64,000 nucleotides of DNA from Takakia lepidozioides. Taxonomy: Eukaryota > Plantae > Bryophyta. Both the position numbers and the translations under genes were made by a program. The stretch's first letter is position 1; each line of letters begins with the position of its first letter. The stretch spans positions 61,628,001 through 61,692,000 of the forward strand of contig CM060731.1 of the NCBI GenBank assembly GCA_030704615.1. The letters run 5' to 3'. The notes under the pieces are model-generated. The model was given only the letters and a program-made list of their open reading frames with translations. It had not been told where the DNA came from and did no database searches. Shown piece after piece: positions 25,806-39,117 of the stretch.

Positions 25806-28207
25806 CCGTGCCTCTTTCTCACAAGTGGTGGCAAGGAAAACCTCGCTCATCTTCATTACAGCCGTTCACAGTTTTCTCTTTGTTTGCAATTGCTCCAACC
25901 TCAGCTTTCCTGCTGCAAGCTTTTTTAGTACTTTTTATAAATCTGAGTTCTTTAGGAATTTCCTTTTTCTCCTTTTTTCAGTAAGCTGGTCTCTTTACTG
26001 TCATTTTCTTGAAAGTCTCACTCTCTGCGACTGCGTTATGCTTCAATTTTGAGCATTCTAGCTGCACCAAACCTTCTCTTACTCTTCCAGTTGTCACTCT
26101 GATTTTTCGCCACAGACTGTAGTTGTCAACTTTCTTAGTCTCATTGACCTGTCTAGTTTTGTCTGAGAGATGAGGTTAATTATGTCAATTGAAAAGTACC
26201 CTTCCACAATATCCAGTACTCTCTGCTCCTCTGTTTCTCCTTGAATCAGTTCAAAGAAGTCCTGAAGCTCGACCTTCTATTTGGCACATCCAGGTCCTAT
26301 TCGTCGAGTCCCCCTCTTTCTCTTTGAGAGTTTAAACATGTCTACCTCTGTAGTAGCTACTCTGTACATAGATTTAAACTCAATGAGTGGCAAGTCCATT
26401 TTCAGTTATCTTTCATCGAGTGGTTCCTGCCATTTGTGTGCCTTTTGGGGCAACGGTTCAAGCCGGCTCCACTATTGCACTCAGATCCTGGGTCCCTTTT
26501 CTCCTTCTTTTGCATCACTGCTTCCCCCTTCTTCTTTGCCCTCCCCTCTTTTGACAAGCTTGAGGAAATTTCCTTTGGTGCTTGTATCTGCTCTCTCTCT
26601 CTCTTCTCTCTCTCAGTACATTCTCTCTCTCTCCCAATGTCTCAAGAGTAGATTCTCTCACACATACACATAGGTCGGGCAACCATTTTGTAGCCCTTTC
26701 CATCAATGATCTTCGAATTACTGCTTGTGAGAAGTGAATAATTTCTCCTTTACCACTACTTGTCAGATATGGACAATTCTCCAGTCGGCAAGCCAATAGA
26801 GATGTTTTCACATATTCTGGGAGTTGATTGGTATCTCAGATGTGTGACAAGAAAGAAGGCATAGTTTTTGGGCCTATGCTGCTAATTTGAGGGCTGGCCA
26901 TTTGGAAGAAGTTTTAGTTTACATGAGGGACTCTGCACATTGAGTGCAACAAGAGACAGCCCTTTTTTTGATGTGGCTAGTCCTTGGTTGTGTGTCTCTC
27001 TCACTCTCTCTCTCTCTCTCTGACTCTTCAGTATCTTCACCCTCCGTACTCCCTCCTAATAATTCCTCTTTTGCCCCTTGTCTTTCACTCACTCCCCTTC
27101 CCCCCCCTACTTGCTTCTCTGCCCTCCTATTGCTATCTCTCCTCCCCTATACCTTTGCCTGTCTCAATGGAAGTACAGAAGTGGCCCTTATTTTTTAATG
27201 GGCCTCTTTCAAAGTGAAGTGGAGAATGGAGTAACATGCTGCCCAGAGTTGTGGAAGGACCTCGGAGGCTGGGGTAGGCTGATGGTGCTTGTACAAAGGA
27301 GGAGGTATATAAAGCAACCATCAAACCAGTTGTCGGAGGCAGGATATGGTGCAAGGAAGATTCAATAAAGAGTTTCGTGGTCCACTATAGTGTAAGCTTC
27401 TGTACTCGCTCTGGAAGTTTACCGAGATAAATAGAGTGGGATGTTATAAGTGGAATAAAGGTGTTTCTTCAGCTTGCTTTAAATGCAGGGAGGCTGTAAA
27501 TGTGTTTTGTTGTGTTCATGTCATCAATCTCTCTTTTGCCCAATGAGCAGGCCACCTGTTTTACTACTCAAGATATCTGTTCTAGTGTTTTGAGGGTTGA
27601 CTTATCCTCAGAATTGTCCATGTAGTAGAATCCTGTCACAATTGCAATGGTTGGAGTGTGACTGATCAGCAGTTACACCAGCTACTTGGAATTCATGTAT
27701 GGCTCCTTAATTGGAAGAACTCTAGAAAATTGTTTGAGTGTTTCAGACCTATAGTGGTCTAACAGAAGTGTAGCACTCAATAGATGCTTTTCGACTTGGA
27801 AGAACTCTGGAAAGCTTTTGAAACCTCAAAAGAGACATGCCTGTCGGTTTTACGGCGTACTAGCAGTAGACAATTTGTAATATGGTAAGGAAAATGTCTG
27901 ATACCCAACATATGATAGAGGGGAATATGAGTACAGATTAACTAGGCTTCCAGAAGGTGTTCCCTTGAAATTTTCAGGACAAACAAATCCTTAATACCTT
28001 GGGTTGTAGCATGACACAATGTACCTTGTTGCAAATACCTGTGTGACCAAGTCATGATCACCATGACTTGCCAGCTTCAATACACGGTTATAAAGCTGAA
28101 GGTCACCAACACCACAGATTTACTATCCTTGTCCATATTGATGAGTACTAAGACTGCTTAGCATCCAGCACCAGGACCATGGAACTTCATAGAGCTTTTC
28201 TGTCTCA

Positions 28208-31200
28208 TCATGCAGCTGCAACCAAGTTTGAGAGAAAGGGAGAAATTAACTCTTCTATCTCTCTCTTACTCTGGTGTGACCCCCCACCAATGCAGCTGTG
28301 TGCGCAAGCCCGTTGAGGATGTATTGCCACCATGCCTTCAAAGCCACTCCACTTAGATTTAGTCGAATCAGCATCGCTTGCTGGCCTCTCAGATCCTAAT
28401 CTTCTATCCCATGTGTCGTCATCTTCCTCCGGCTTGAAGGCTTCATGCAATGCCTCAATCATCACATCGGGGTGACAGGGTTTGTCCGATGCTGCAAGCA
28501 TGTCTAGTGACCTATCTAGACTACGTTTCCTCTTTCCTGCACCCTCTTTGGGCAGCGAGCTATGGCTAACGACATACTCCAGGAACGTCTCAATTCGGTC
28601 AACCTCGGCTTCGACTAATTCTGCAGCCTCTACAAGTGGTCGAACTGTCTCGTTGTATAATTCTACCGCTCTCGCGGTGGCCTTGTGGGCCTCAAGTTTT
28701 GATTGTAGAATCTTTTCGTGCTTGACTCGCAGTTCTTCACAAAATGCAGCATGATTTACTCGTTCTGCTTCAACATCTTTCTCATATTCAGCCTCAGCTG
28801 CAATGCAAGCCTGCTTCCACTCAACCTTCTTCTTCTTCACGATCTCCTCATTCATCTTCTCCACCACCTCCTTTGCGGCCTATCATCATCCAGACCTCTT
28901 TTCAGTGTTGTTGAAAACTCAAATAGGTTGCTCCAAAGCTTATCATGTATGTAGAGAATCATTTGTATTACTCGTGACATTGCAAAAGGTTATCTCGAAA
29001 AACCAAATTTCTACCTGGAGTGCAACTCGTCGTGCAGCCAAATTTTGATTTTCCTCTTGGACTTGCTTGGTCTTAGCTTCCCACTCTCGGACCATGTTTT
29101 CTGCAGCAGCACGATTCTCGTGTGCAATAGTGACACAAGCTTGCTTCCACAATAACTTAGCTTGCTCCTCGGTCTTTTTGTTCAGCATTGTGATGTTTTG
29201 AATGTTAGCATCATGCTCTGCCACTGCAGCAGCCACTTGTTCTTGGTAAACAGCCTGTGCCGCCTCTTTCAACTGTGTCAAGCCCTCCAACTTTTGCGCA
29301 TACTCCAGCTTCCGCCTCTCGTTCTCAACTCTCACCTAAACATGGTCATTGCAGAGGCAGAGTCACCGGCGGGCTTCAGTACAACCAGCAATCCCTTACA
29401 TTCTTCTTGTTCGATATCTAAGAGAATTGAAGGGATAATTGCACAAAGAAAAGTGCACGGGTCCAAAAACAAACACACCTCTTCAGTCATCCTCGCAAAT
29501 CCATCCTCTACCTCCTTCATGCGACGAGCATTCTCCGCACGCACAACAAAACATTCTGCCTCATAATCAGCTTGCGCTTTCTCTACCATCAGCTCATTCA
29601 GTGCTCTTGTGGCCCCTACATCCTCCTCATACTTGAGATGCGCAGCCTCGTTGGCTGCTGCCACATTTGCTATCCTCTGCTCTTGTTCAATCTGCCTATT
29701 CACCTTTGCAGCTTCATTACTGGCCTTGATTTTCTCTACCTCCGCCTCGTACAATTCGTGCGTGTGCGACAACTTATATGCATTCCGTTCTTCCACACCT
29801 TTCACATCTTGTAAAAATCTCAACCGCCCCTCCCTCTCCTCTTGCTCTTGTTTCTTCTTCACCTCCACCACACCTTCCTCCCAAATCTTGTATACCTCGG
29901 ATGCATTCTCGTTCAATTTGTGGACTTTCTCAACTTCTTGCCTCCAAAGTGCGCGAGCCTCCTCCATTATCATACTATTGCGCTCCGTGATAAGCGTCAC
30001 ATTCTCTTCATACGAAATGCGTGCCTTCACACAACCATACATCAACAAAATCATAACACGATACAAGCACAAATACTTACATTTCTCTAATTCCTTACAA
30101 GCGTTTCATTCCAATATCGGTTTGTGCATTTTTAACAGGAATGTTACCTGCATCAAAAGACGCTCCTTCTCGGCCCGAAAAGAGTCGGACTTGGTCTTGT
30201 ATTCGCCCAATGCCACTTGTTCTTCGCGCAAGTAGGCCGCCAAGCGAGGGGCCCCCCTCTCTTCCTCAAATTGATCCTTCACTCTGTTCAAAATCTCTTG
30301 GATGTCTTCCATCCGACCCTGCTCGGCGTGGCGCCTTTGGTCAGCCTCTATTTTATTTTGGGCCCAAATTCTATCATTTGTGTTATCCGTGGAACTATAT
30401 ACAGGGGGCTTTGCGGGCCATTGGATATCCATTTCTTTAAATTGGCCACCGGTTTCGGTCGCTATTCGCTTTAAGAAGCGTTGCCCGGCTTTGGTAGAGG
30501 CTATCCCGATGGGGTTTATAGAAATCATTCGACCTTTCTCTTTCGCCAACCGCTTTAACATGCTTAATATCTGTCACAAGGACAACAATGAGAATATAAT
30601 AAGAGTGATTTATATATATTTTCAGAAAAGGGGATCGACGTAGGTCCATTGATTTTATGGCACAAGTAAAACCCTTGATGAAGCGGTTGTTTCTGTGTGT
30701 ATGAATAATTGAATCTTCCAATGTTGTTAACCAGCAATTGGTTGTTAATTGTTTCTACAACTAAATATAAGTGACATTTGAAAAACAATAAAATTGGATG
30801 AATTGCCCAAGTAAGCAGTGGTGTCTCTTGTCTTCCGAGTACTCACTATTGCCTTCCTTTGTGACCTCTAACATGTTTTTTGAACCCACAACCACTGATG
30901 AACAGAAGATAATAGGAATAATGTAAGAACTTAACGCACACGTGCAAACCTCTGACAGAGTGGTACGCCACATTCCGGAATGTCAAATCTTCCCCACCCT
31001 CTCTTGAGAGTGACATGGGACTGAAGGAGTGTAAACTCCAGTCAGGGGTACACGACGAGGTATATAACTCCCCTTGGGGTACTCCGCTCGGTGTAACTCA
31101 CACTTGGTCTCTAAATTGGCTAAGTATAAAATGGACTAACCGGAGTTACATGAGAGGGTTGCACAGGGTTACACAAAGTTACATGAGAGACCAGGGTTAC

Positions 31201-34200
31201 AGAGGGTTACATGGGTTACACTACAAGAGCCTCCCATCAAGAATTGAACCCAGAATCTTGCCACCTGCAATGCTATCGCCTTACCGGCACACTACCCACT
31301 ACAACTAAAAACTCAATTGATAGTGAAACCGAGGTAAGAGGGGGTGGGAAGGATTTGACAAGGGCCCAGCCAGGGGAGCCCAGGCTGCCCGGAATCCGGC
31401 GAAAGTACCGTCAGATCGCACACGTCCCTTAAGTTCTTACATTATTCCTATTGTCTTCCCTGATGAACCGGTGCATATACCACTGGGCTAAATTGCTGTT
31501 GATATTGGACACAAATAGTGGCAGGGCTCGCACGCAGGTTTCTTCATAATTCACTAGAAAAATATTTATTCAGGATTTAATTTTAAGATTTTATGTTATT
31601 CTGTTTGACAAGTCTGATCTATAAATGAGTCGAATTTTAAGTAGGATAAATTATTTTACAAATATACATCTCATGGTTGTATGATGGCTGTGATACTTAT
31701 GTAGGATTAACTCATATCATCATACTTATTTACTGCAGTGCAGTCAAAGAGTATGGATCATATATTTTTTTGAGAGTATTTAATAATTTTTAAGTAAATT
31801 TAATTTTTGAAGAGTGTTATATTTATTCCAAAGTTTTGGAATTACCAATACAGGCTTGTCCGGCTTGCCATCAGTAAAAAGATAAATGCAATCGCAATTT
31901 CGTTGCATAGCAACTTCAATCGCTTTATACAAATTGGTGGTTCCCACAGGCCGCCACCTTAGCATCCAGGAGAGCGCGCTTTCCAAATTAAAATGCGTCT
32001 TTCCTTGCATTACCTACCCTAGGTCCCCCTCCAAGTATTTGAAACATTTGGAATCATATGTCTTTAATTTTGACTACAATATAATACTTATCTTAACTTT
32101 TAGTTTTATAATATCTATCACTTGCTTTTCGATGATATTGCAGGATTTTCATATAAATCATGGCAACATTAAGTCTTAAGTAAAAGAGAACAAATAATGC
32201 TCATTTTGAGATTAATGAATTCTTACAATCAAAAGGTATATAAATCGTTATCAGCTATCAGAAAGTTTGTCATATACAAAAGTTCATGATAGACTATATA
32301 CTTCAAGGTGTCAATCATAAAACAAGTGCTTAAAATATGTATAATCTTACGTCAATAGTTTTGGTCCAATAACGCATAGGTTCGCCTCTCAATTGTCGAA
32401 GCCTTTCCCTTTCACGAGTTCCGTAGCTCCATGCATCAAATGAATACATTATGATATCAAAGTGTGTTGCTGCAATCTCAACCTGCAACAATGTGAACCA
32501 CTACGTACTTTCATATATATCTAGAAACTATTCATTTGCTATAAAGTGCTTAATGTATATATGTATGCATATATATCACCCAATACAGCCCACCCCCAAA
32601 AGGGGGCAGTAGCCGCGAGGCGAAGTGGCTCTTAGTTACACCGCTTCGGCCGGAGTCTTCTCTCTCTATATCAAGCAATAGATACTTTATGATAACTACA
32701 TGTAATATTCCCTTTATTACATTTGAAGTCACTGAACATGACATATAGTCCAATTACAAATTAATTTGAGATAATCGTGTGAAAACAAGTAATAGAAGTT
32801 ACAATTCAGCCATAGATAGTAATTAAGTTCCACTCACTTGTCCGCCATGGTTGAAAAGAGCTTGCAAGCAATTGCCGACAACCTTCATGCGCTCACCTGC
32901 CATTGTGCCGCTACAATCAATCAAAAACACCGGCCGTTGTCCTTGCAAATATCCTACAGGCTCCGGGGGCAGTGGAGGAATGAAACGTGGAGTCAGGGGC
33001 TTGGAGGGGGGCTTATACAAAGGTTCCTTGCTCAAAGAAAGTGGTTCAAACACAGGGACTATTTCTAGTGTTGGAGGCTCAAATTTGGGTTCAGCAACAA
33101 ATTCTTGGACTGGATGAGGAGGGAGCAAAATTCGGGGTGGTGGTTTGGCTAAGCATGGCAGAGGCGGTGCATTTTCTGGTTGGAAAATCTTGGGTGGCTG
33201 ACAGGCTCCATCACAAATGACTCCTCCATTGTCTTCGTCCGCGACATAATAGTACGAAGATTCACAAGGCCGGACCTCAAGTACGGGAGGCCGAGACAAA
33301 GGTATGATATCTAACAACGCGGGAGGAAGAATTTCTGGTTCCAAAGGCACGGGCCGCGGGGGAAGAGGCAATAGGGATGGCGACTCAAACACGGGCAAAG
33401 ACAATTGCTCTGGAATCGTAAACACGGGGGCAGACACTTCTTTGTACAAATTGTGGTCAATAGCTTTCTCTTCGTCTGCAAAATTTTGCATTACGGGGAG
33501 CTTCAAAATTGGGGCTTTGATCAATGTGGGTGGGATATACTTGGGTTGTTCTTTGCGCGTGGGTGTGCAAAGGAGAGGCAAGAATGAATCCTCGGGGATT
33601 TCGACATCCGAAATTGTGAGCAATCCTTCGATAGGGTAAAGTTGGAGCAAAGATTTTTGTGGGGGATGGATAAATTCGGGAATCGGTTCCAACTTAGGGA
33701 GCTTCCAAATAGGCGTCTCCTGCAATATTTCGATGAACGAAAAATGTAGTGTATTAAAATTTAACATTTGATTAAAGATCAGATTCTTACAAATCAAAAC
33801 AAATAATAATGAATTCAAATGTTTGGATTGTGGAATATACCTTATATGTGGTGGTGCTCATTTGACCTTGTAACCGATTCAAGAGACCACGTAAATCACT
33901 AATGAGTTGCCGCAAAGAGGCCCGGTATGAGCCATGGATTTGGCGACCGTTGGGAAGCAAAAAATGCCCAAAGAACCCATCGCAATACTTTGCATGCACA
34001 TGTTTGTTGTCTTCCTATACACCACTTGCCCACTCACACAATCACAACAATATGATGCTGCAAAAAGTATATGTCATATATGCTTTTGAATGAAGTAATG
34101 TTCCAATTTTGCATAAAGTTTGTTTTCATCATAGATCTCTCTATATAGATAAATTCATGAAATATGTATTAATCACATTAGTACCTTGTTCTTTGACCCA

Positions 34201-35179
34201 TGACAGTGGTCAAAATATATCCAACTTTGCATCAACACGTCCATCAAACTTTTTGGAAGCTGTTTGTTGCGCTTGCTTTTTCTTCGGACCAGCTATTAAA
34301 AAAATTTGTCACACAACCTAAGCATGCTCAATAAACATTCTTTTTTTCGAACTATATGGGATATACATTTTCCATAATAAAGAACAAAGGTCATAAATTG
34401 AATTGAGTTTCTATAGTAAAGTAGCCCTCAAAATTTTGAAAAAGGAAAGAAGTTATACAAAAACAAAGCTTAACAAAGCTTATAGAATATATTTTAATAT
34501 TTTCTATTGGACAACTTAGCTTCCATATAGTTTATGTTTTTGGCATGGATTTTTTTTTATGGGTGTCTGTGAAAAATATTTTAGGCAAGTTCATTTCAAT
34601 ATTATCATGTGTGAGAATAGGATGTACCTTCATGACAAATGCTCCATCTGCCAATTGTAGAGCAGCACTTGGTATTGCACTACCTTTAGAGGCATCCATG
34701 GAAGAAAATTGAACATCCTTGGAGTTTCTGTCAGGCTTTCCCCACACCGCATGGATCAACTCCAAAGGAAGCTCTCCTTTTCTTGCCTTACGATTTTTTT
34801 TGTCTCCTTGGAGTTCTCGCATCTTGTCGTTCAACCAACTCCATTCTTTTGCTAATTTAGAGAACGCACGTTTGTTTCTAGGGTTTGAAAGATTAAGAAA
34901 TTCTTGTTCTAATTTGTCATTTGGTGGGTTAGAATGTCCTGCTGCATTGTTCTGTACTGCCTCATTCTTTTGTCTTTGATGTGGTTGTTGTTGTGGATGT
35001 CTTCCACGTGGAGTGAAGCCATTGTCATTAGGTTTTTTTGCCTCCACATGGATTCTTGGACTGTGGAGTGGCTTTTGTATCATCCTTTTCTCCTTTGTAA
35101 GCTCAAACTTCTCAATATTGGCGAAGAGGATTTGAGATAGCTCACGCAAAGCATCTTCTTGCCACCCAATTGGTGCCAT
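28208..35179 (-). CDS. ~1320-aa protein: N-terminal region, Pro-rich tract, VWA domain, long Ala/Glu-rich helical repeats; exons 35179-34628, 34292-34185, 34014-33841, 33719-32838, 32482-32351, 32013-31852, 30570-30148, 30024-29479, 29335-29015, 28879-28208
   Basis: Ten exons join by GT-AG into one open frame. VWA/MIDAS motifs VFLIDCSGTM, GTTNLYKAI, CIYLFTDGKP, INPIGI and FLKRIATETGGQF are present. The start codon and the exon-6 acceptor are less certain. Confidence 0.8.
30981..31360. mobile_element. 380-bp intronic insertion with TG...CA ends and ~25-bp terminal inverted repeats (solo LTR or MITE)
   Basis: TGTCAAATCTTCCCCACCCTCTCTT ... AAGAGGGGGTGGGAAGGATTTGACA; internal GGTTAC/GTTACA repeats and a TATATA box. 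Confidence 0.75.
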
Positions 35180-38100
35180 GAGCAAAGTATTATGTTTTAC
35201 TCTTTTTTAGCTTGTTTGTGAATAAGTTTCACAGAAATTATATCACATTTTGTCTCTCTTCCCATATTTGAAATTAGAATAACCACCTCATTGTAACCCA
35301 TTAAAGAGAATATTATCCATCTACATGACCCTCATGCTGGAAGATGCATGTAAGAATCTGTCACTTATGAAACTTCTCTAATTTGGAACCCTAAGAAACA
35401 TCTCATACAAAAAATGTAAGGTTTAATCCTCATTGGCACCAGTACTTTGATGACTTTATCTACATACTTCCTTTTCCATGTAATTTTTTTCTTTCGAAAA
35501 TGTTACATTTGCACAACAAGAATGAGATAATCAAACTGTGTTATTTTATGTTTTATGTTATTTGTACCTCCCCAAATAGCTCTGAGCCCACAATGTAATG
35601 GACCACTAGTTCTTTGCATTTGGTCTTTCATATTTTCCCAATAATTAGGTTATTTGTATATCAACAAGATTAATGTTTGGTGACACATGTTAGGTCAAAG
35701 TTTGTTTTGTATGAGCCAGTTAGATATGATAAGATTGGGTCTTACGAAATATTGATAAGACAACATCTTTCAATTTAAATAATATACTAGGAACATTCAT
35801 TTTATAGTTTGGGTTTGACAAGCCATAATCCTTTTATCTGAAGAAAATAGTATTAATCAGATATTAAGCTTAAGTAGAAATGGAGAAGTAGGGATCATAG
35901 CCACTCAAAGCGGGCCATCAATTCGACAATTTCTTTTATGGAGGAAGGAAGAAAGTTTCATAAAATAAAACACTGTGCTTAGACAAAACTAATTTTGAGA
36001 CAAATTTGTAGCCAACAAGAAATTATGGATCATTGCACAATGTAAGTAATGTCTAAATAAGATAATGTCAATTAAGTTGGAACACTTTAATCTTCTCTCT
36101 CATAAAAGTTATTTTGACAAGTTGACTAGTACTTCTTGACTCAGATCATTGCATCACTACAAGGTGGATATCATCTTTCAATTGAGCATGTATACAACAC
36201 GGAAAATTAAATTACACAAATCTCCATTTCTTCACAATCAAAAGCCATATTAACTTAGCTAGCTTAAAAGCAAGATCCGAAGATTGAATATGGTAATGGA
36301 TTGAGATGAAACTCAAAGTTTATTCCCTCGAGACTCGAGAAAAAGATAAAGGAACAAAGACCACCAGTCAGTAGCGTAGTTGAGTAGAGAACTAAAGGCC
36401 ACCCAAGTTCAAATCTTGTTACATAATTAAATGTTGTGAAATTTTGCTCCAATCCTCTATTTTAATCATATTGATGATTATTTTTGTCAGGTTATTATTT
36501 TATATATAATTCATGCTATAAAATCAATGATATCTACACTATAATTTACATCCTCTAAGATTTAATAGAATTTTCTGAAGAAACATTAAAATTTAAAATA
36601 TTTGTAATATTTGTTCATCTTGTCAATTTTTTAATTATGACGTGGTGGCCCGGTATATAGATATGTGTATATATATATATATATATATATCGAAAGACTT
36701 AAGCTTTTCATCTTAGTACAGTATAATCATCCCCTTTCAACAAAATTGTGACCTAGTCACCAAAGGACCACATTGTTGAAACCACTATAGAAAAAAATTG
36801 TTTAATTTAAATGTAAAAATTGTGAATTTTGAGAGGAAGCATGTTGTCAATCAGCTATATCTTAACCAGGAGTTATATAGCTTAAAGATGGAGGAAGGAA
36901 ACTCAGTGCAAGATCAAGCTCCAAATCATTAGTGATCATTTGTCCAGCATTGGTCATCGAGTTTCAGATGAAGATCTGACATTTATTCTTCTTGGAAGTT
37001 TGTCACCTTCATATCAGACATTGGTAGTATCTCTTGGTACACATACTAGCGGTCTGATTATGGACCTAGTTACAGGACAATTATTGCAAGAAGAGATGTG
37101 TTGCAAACGAGAGAATCATGTCTTCGGTAGAAGTCAGGCTACAATGGCATTGAATATCAAGACTTCAGGAAGTTCAAAGTCTTATAAGGCAATGGTTAAT
37201 TTTGCAAAGAAATGGACTAAAATCAAGAAGAAGAAACATGGAGCCTGTTTCTTTTGTGGCATGAGAGGTCACTATGCACGTGACTACTTCAATAAAAAGC
37301 TAGACGATGAGAAGAAGAAGAGGTTTCAAAATGAGGTTTCAGCATTGGCTGAAAGGACTGAACTTCTTGTTGTAGCTTTGTCAATCTCTACGAGTTGCAG
37401 AGATGCATGGTTCATTGATTCAGGGGCATCTCAGCACATGACATTCCAGAAGGAAGCATTCTCAACCTTCAAAGAACTCTTTGTGGGACACAAGGTGTAT
37501 CTTGGAGACAGCAGTACTAGTCTTGATATCCATGGAAAATGTACTGTTGTGTTTCAATTATCATCTGGAGTGTCGAAGGAGATCGGAGGAGTTCTCTTTG
37601 TTCCTGGATTGACAAAGAACCTATTGTCAGTTAGTCAGCTAACTGAGCAAGGTCTTACGGTTGAATTTTCTACCAATCATTGCTGGATAAAGTTTGACAG
37701 TGAAGTGATAGCTGAGGTAGTGAAAGATGCAAGATTGTACAAGCTAATGGGGGTTGTCCAGGCTTTACATGCGGAGTGTACTACTACGCTCAAGCAGAGT
37801 GACCTCTGGCATCAGAGACTTGGAGATGTCTCAATGCAAAGTTTGGTATACATGTCAGCTAACAATCTGGTTAAGGGCATGGATCTTACAGGAGATCGGA
37901 TCTTGAGTTTTTGTGACGGATGTGTATACGGTAAACACCATCGCAACTCATTTTCAAAGGATGGAGGTTCGCGAACAAATAAGATTCTTGAGCTGGTTCA
38001 TACAAATCTATGCAGTCCTATGTCAACTGAATCTCATGGAGGTGCAAAGTATTTCTTGACCTTCATTGATGATTTTTCCAGGAAAATATTTCTCTACACG

Positions 38101-38388
38101 ATGCAAAACAAGTTTGAAGTTCTTGATAGGTTCAAGGCATTCAAAGCTTTGGTGGAGAATCAAACTGGAGAAAAGATCAAAGCTCTTCGGTGTGATGGTG
38201 GTGGTGAGTACATCTCAAAGAACTTTAACCAGTTATGTAGGGAGAATGGTATTGTGAAACAATCAACCACACCATATATGCCAGAATAGAATGGAGTTGG
38301 AGAGAGGAAGAATCGAACACTTGTTGAGAGTGTGAGGTGTATGTTGCAACACATGAGGTTGGACCACCGTTTCTGGGCAGAAGCAGTG

Positions 38389-39117
38389 TGTCGCGCACCT
38401 CACTTCGGTAAGCTCCCCTTCAAGTCATAGTTACTCGCTTTGATGCGCGCGCCTGACTCCCAACCTGGCCGCCCGGGCCAACTTGGAGCTTCGGCTGTTC
38501 ACCGGGACATAACGGTCCCCCCCTTCGCTTCCCTCTAAACCCTCCACCTAATTGAGACTAGGAGAATTCCCTTTGGTAGATGGCAGGCCGGAACAGCTCC
38601 CCACTCTTTGGTCGCTTTCCGGCTCGCTCGCTTACTCACTAGTTTTTGGTCACCAACGGGCTTGCACCGTTCTCGGGGTTACTACTCCCTATATATACTT
38701 CTGTAGCTATCCGCGGGGGTTCCACAACCAGCCATGCCATTTTATGGCGAACCACCACGAACACCCTCAACTCCCGGTGATGAGTCGCGGTGAGTCTTGG
38801 CCCGCTCACCACAGCCCCTATGGACCGTGATGAGTCCCAAAACTCCCCACGACTCCCACCAGGAGGTCTCCGCCCCCATGGTGAGTCCTATGCCACCCCC
38901 ACTAAGTCCCGCTAAGCTACCACCACCCCTTGTGGAGCCACCCCCACCGCAACCCGGTGTGCGGGGCTTCCACCTAGTGAGCGCCTCCGCTTCCCTGAGT
39001 GCCTTGGGCACTCAAGGGTGCTTCAGCCCCCCATACCTATCGCTGCCGCTGCCCCCACCACAGGGGCAGCCCCTCATGTGTCCTGACCCCCTGCCCTCAA
39101 GGCAAAAGGCCGCGACA
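38389..39117 (-). repeat. 3' LTR of Gypsy copy 1
   Basis: About 10 substitutions and no indels versus 44638-45366 (counted by eye). Confidence 0.95.

Noticed and set aside
38770-38860. TGATGAGTC motifs in the Gypsy LTRs as retrozyme hammerheads
   Set aside because: They read GTGATGAG rather than CTGATGAG and lack a stem II-GAAA; more likely repeated enhancer motifs.
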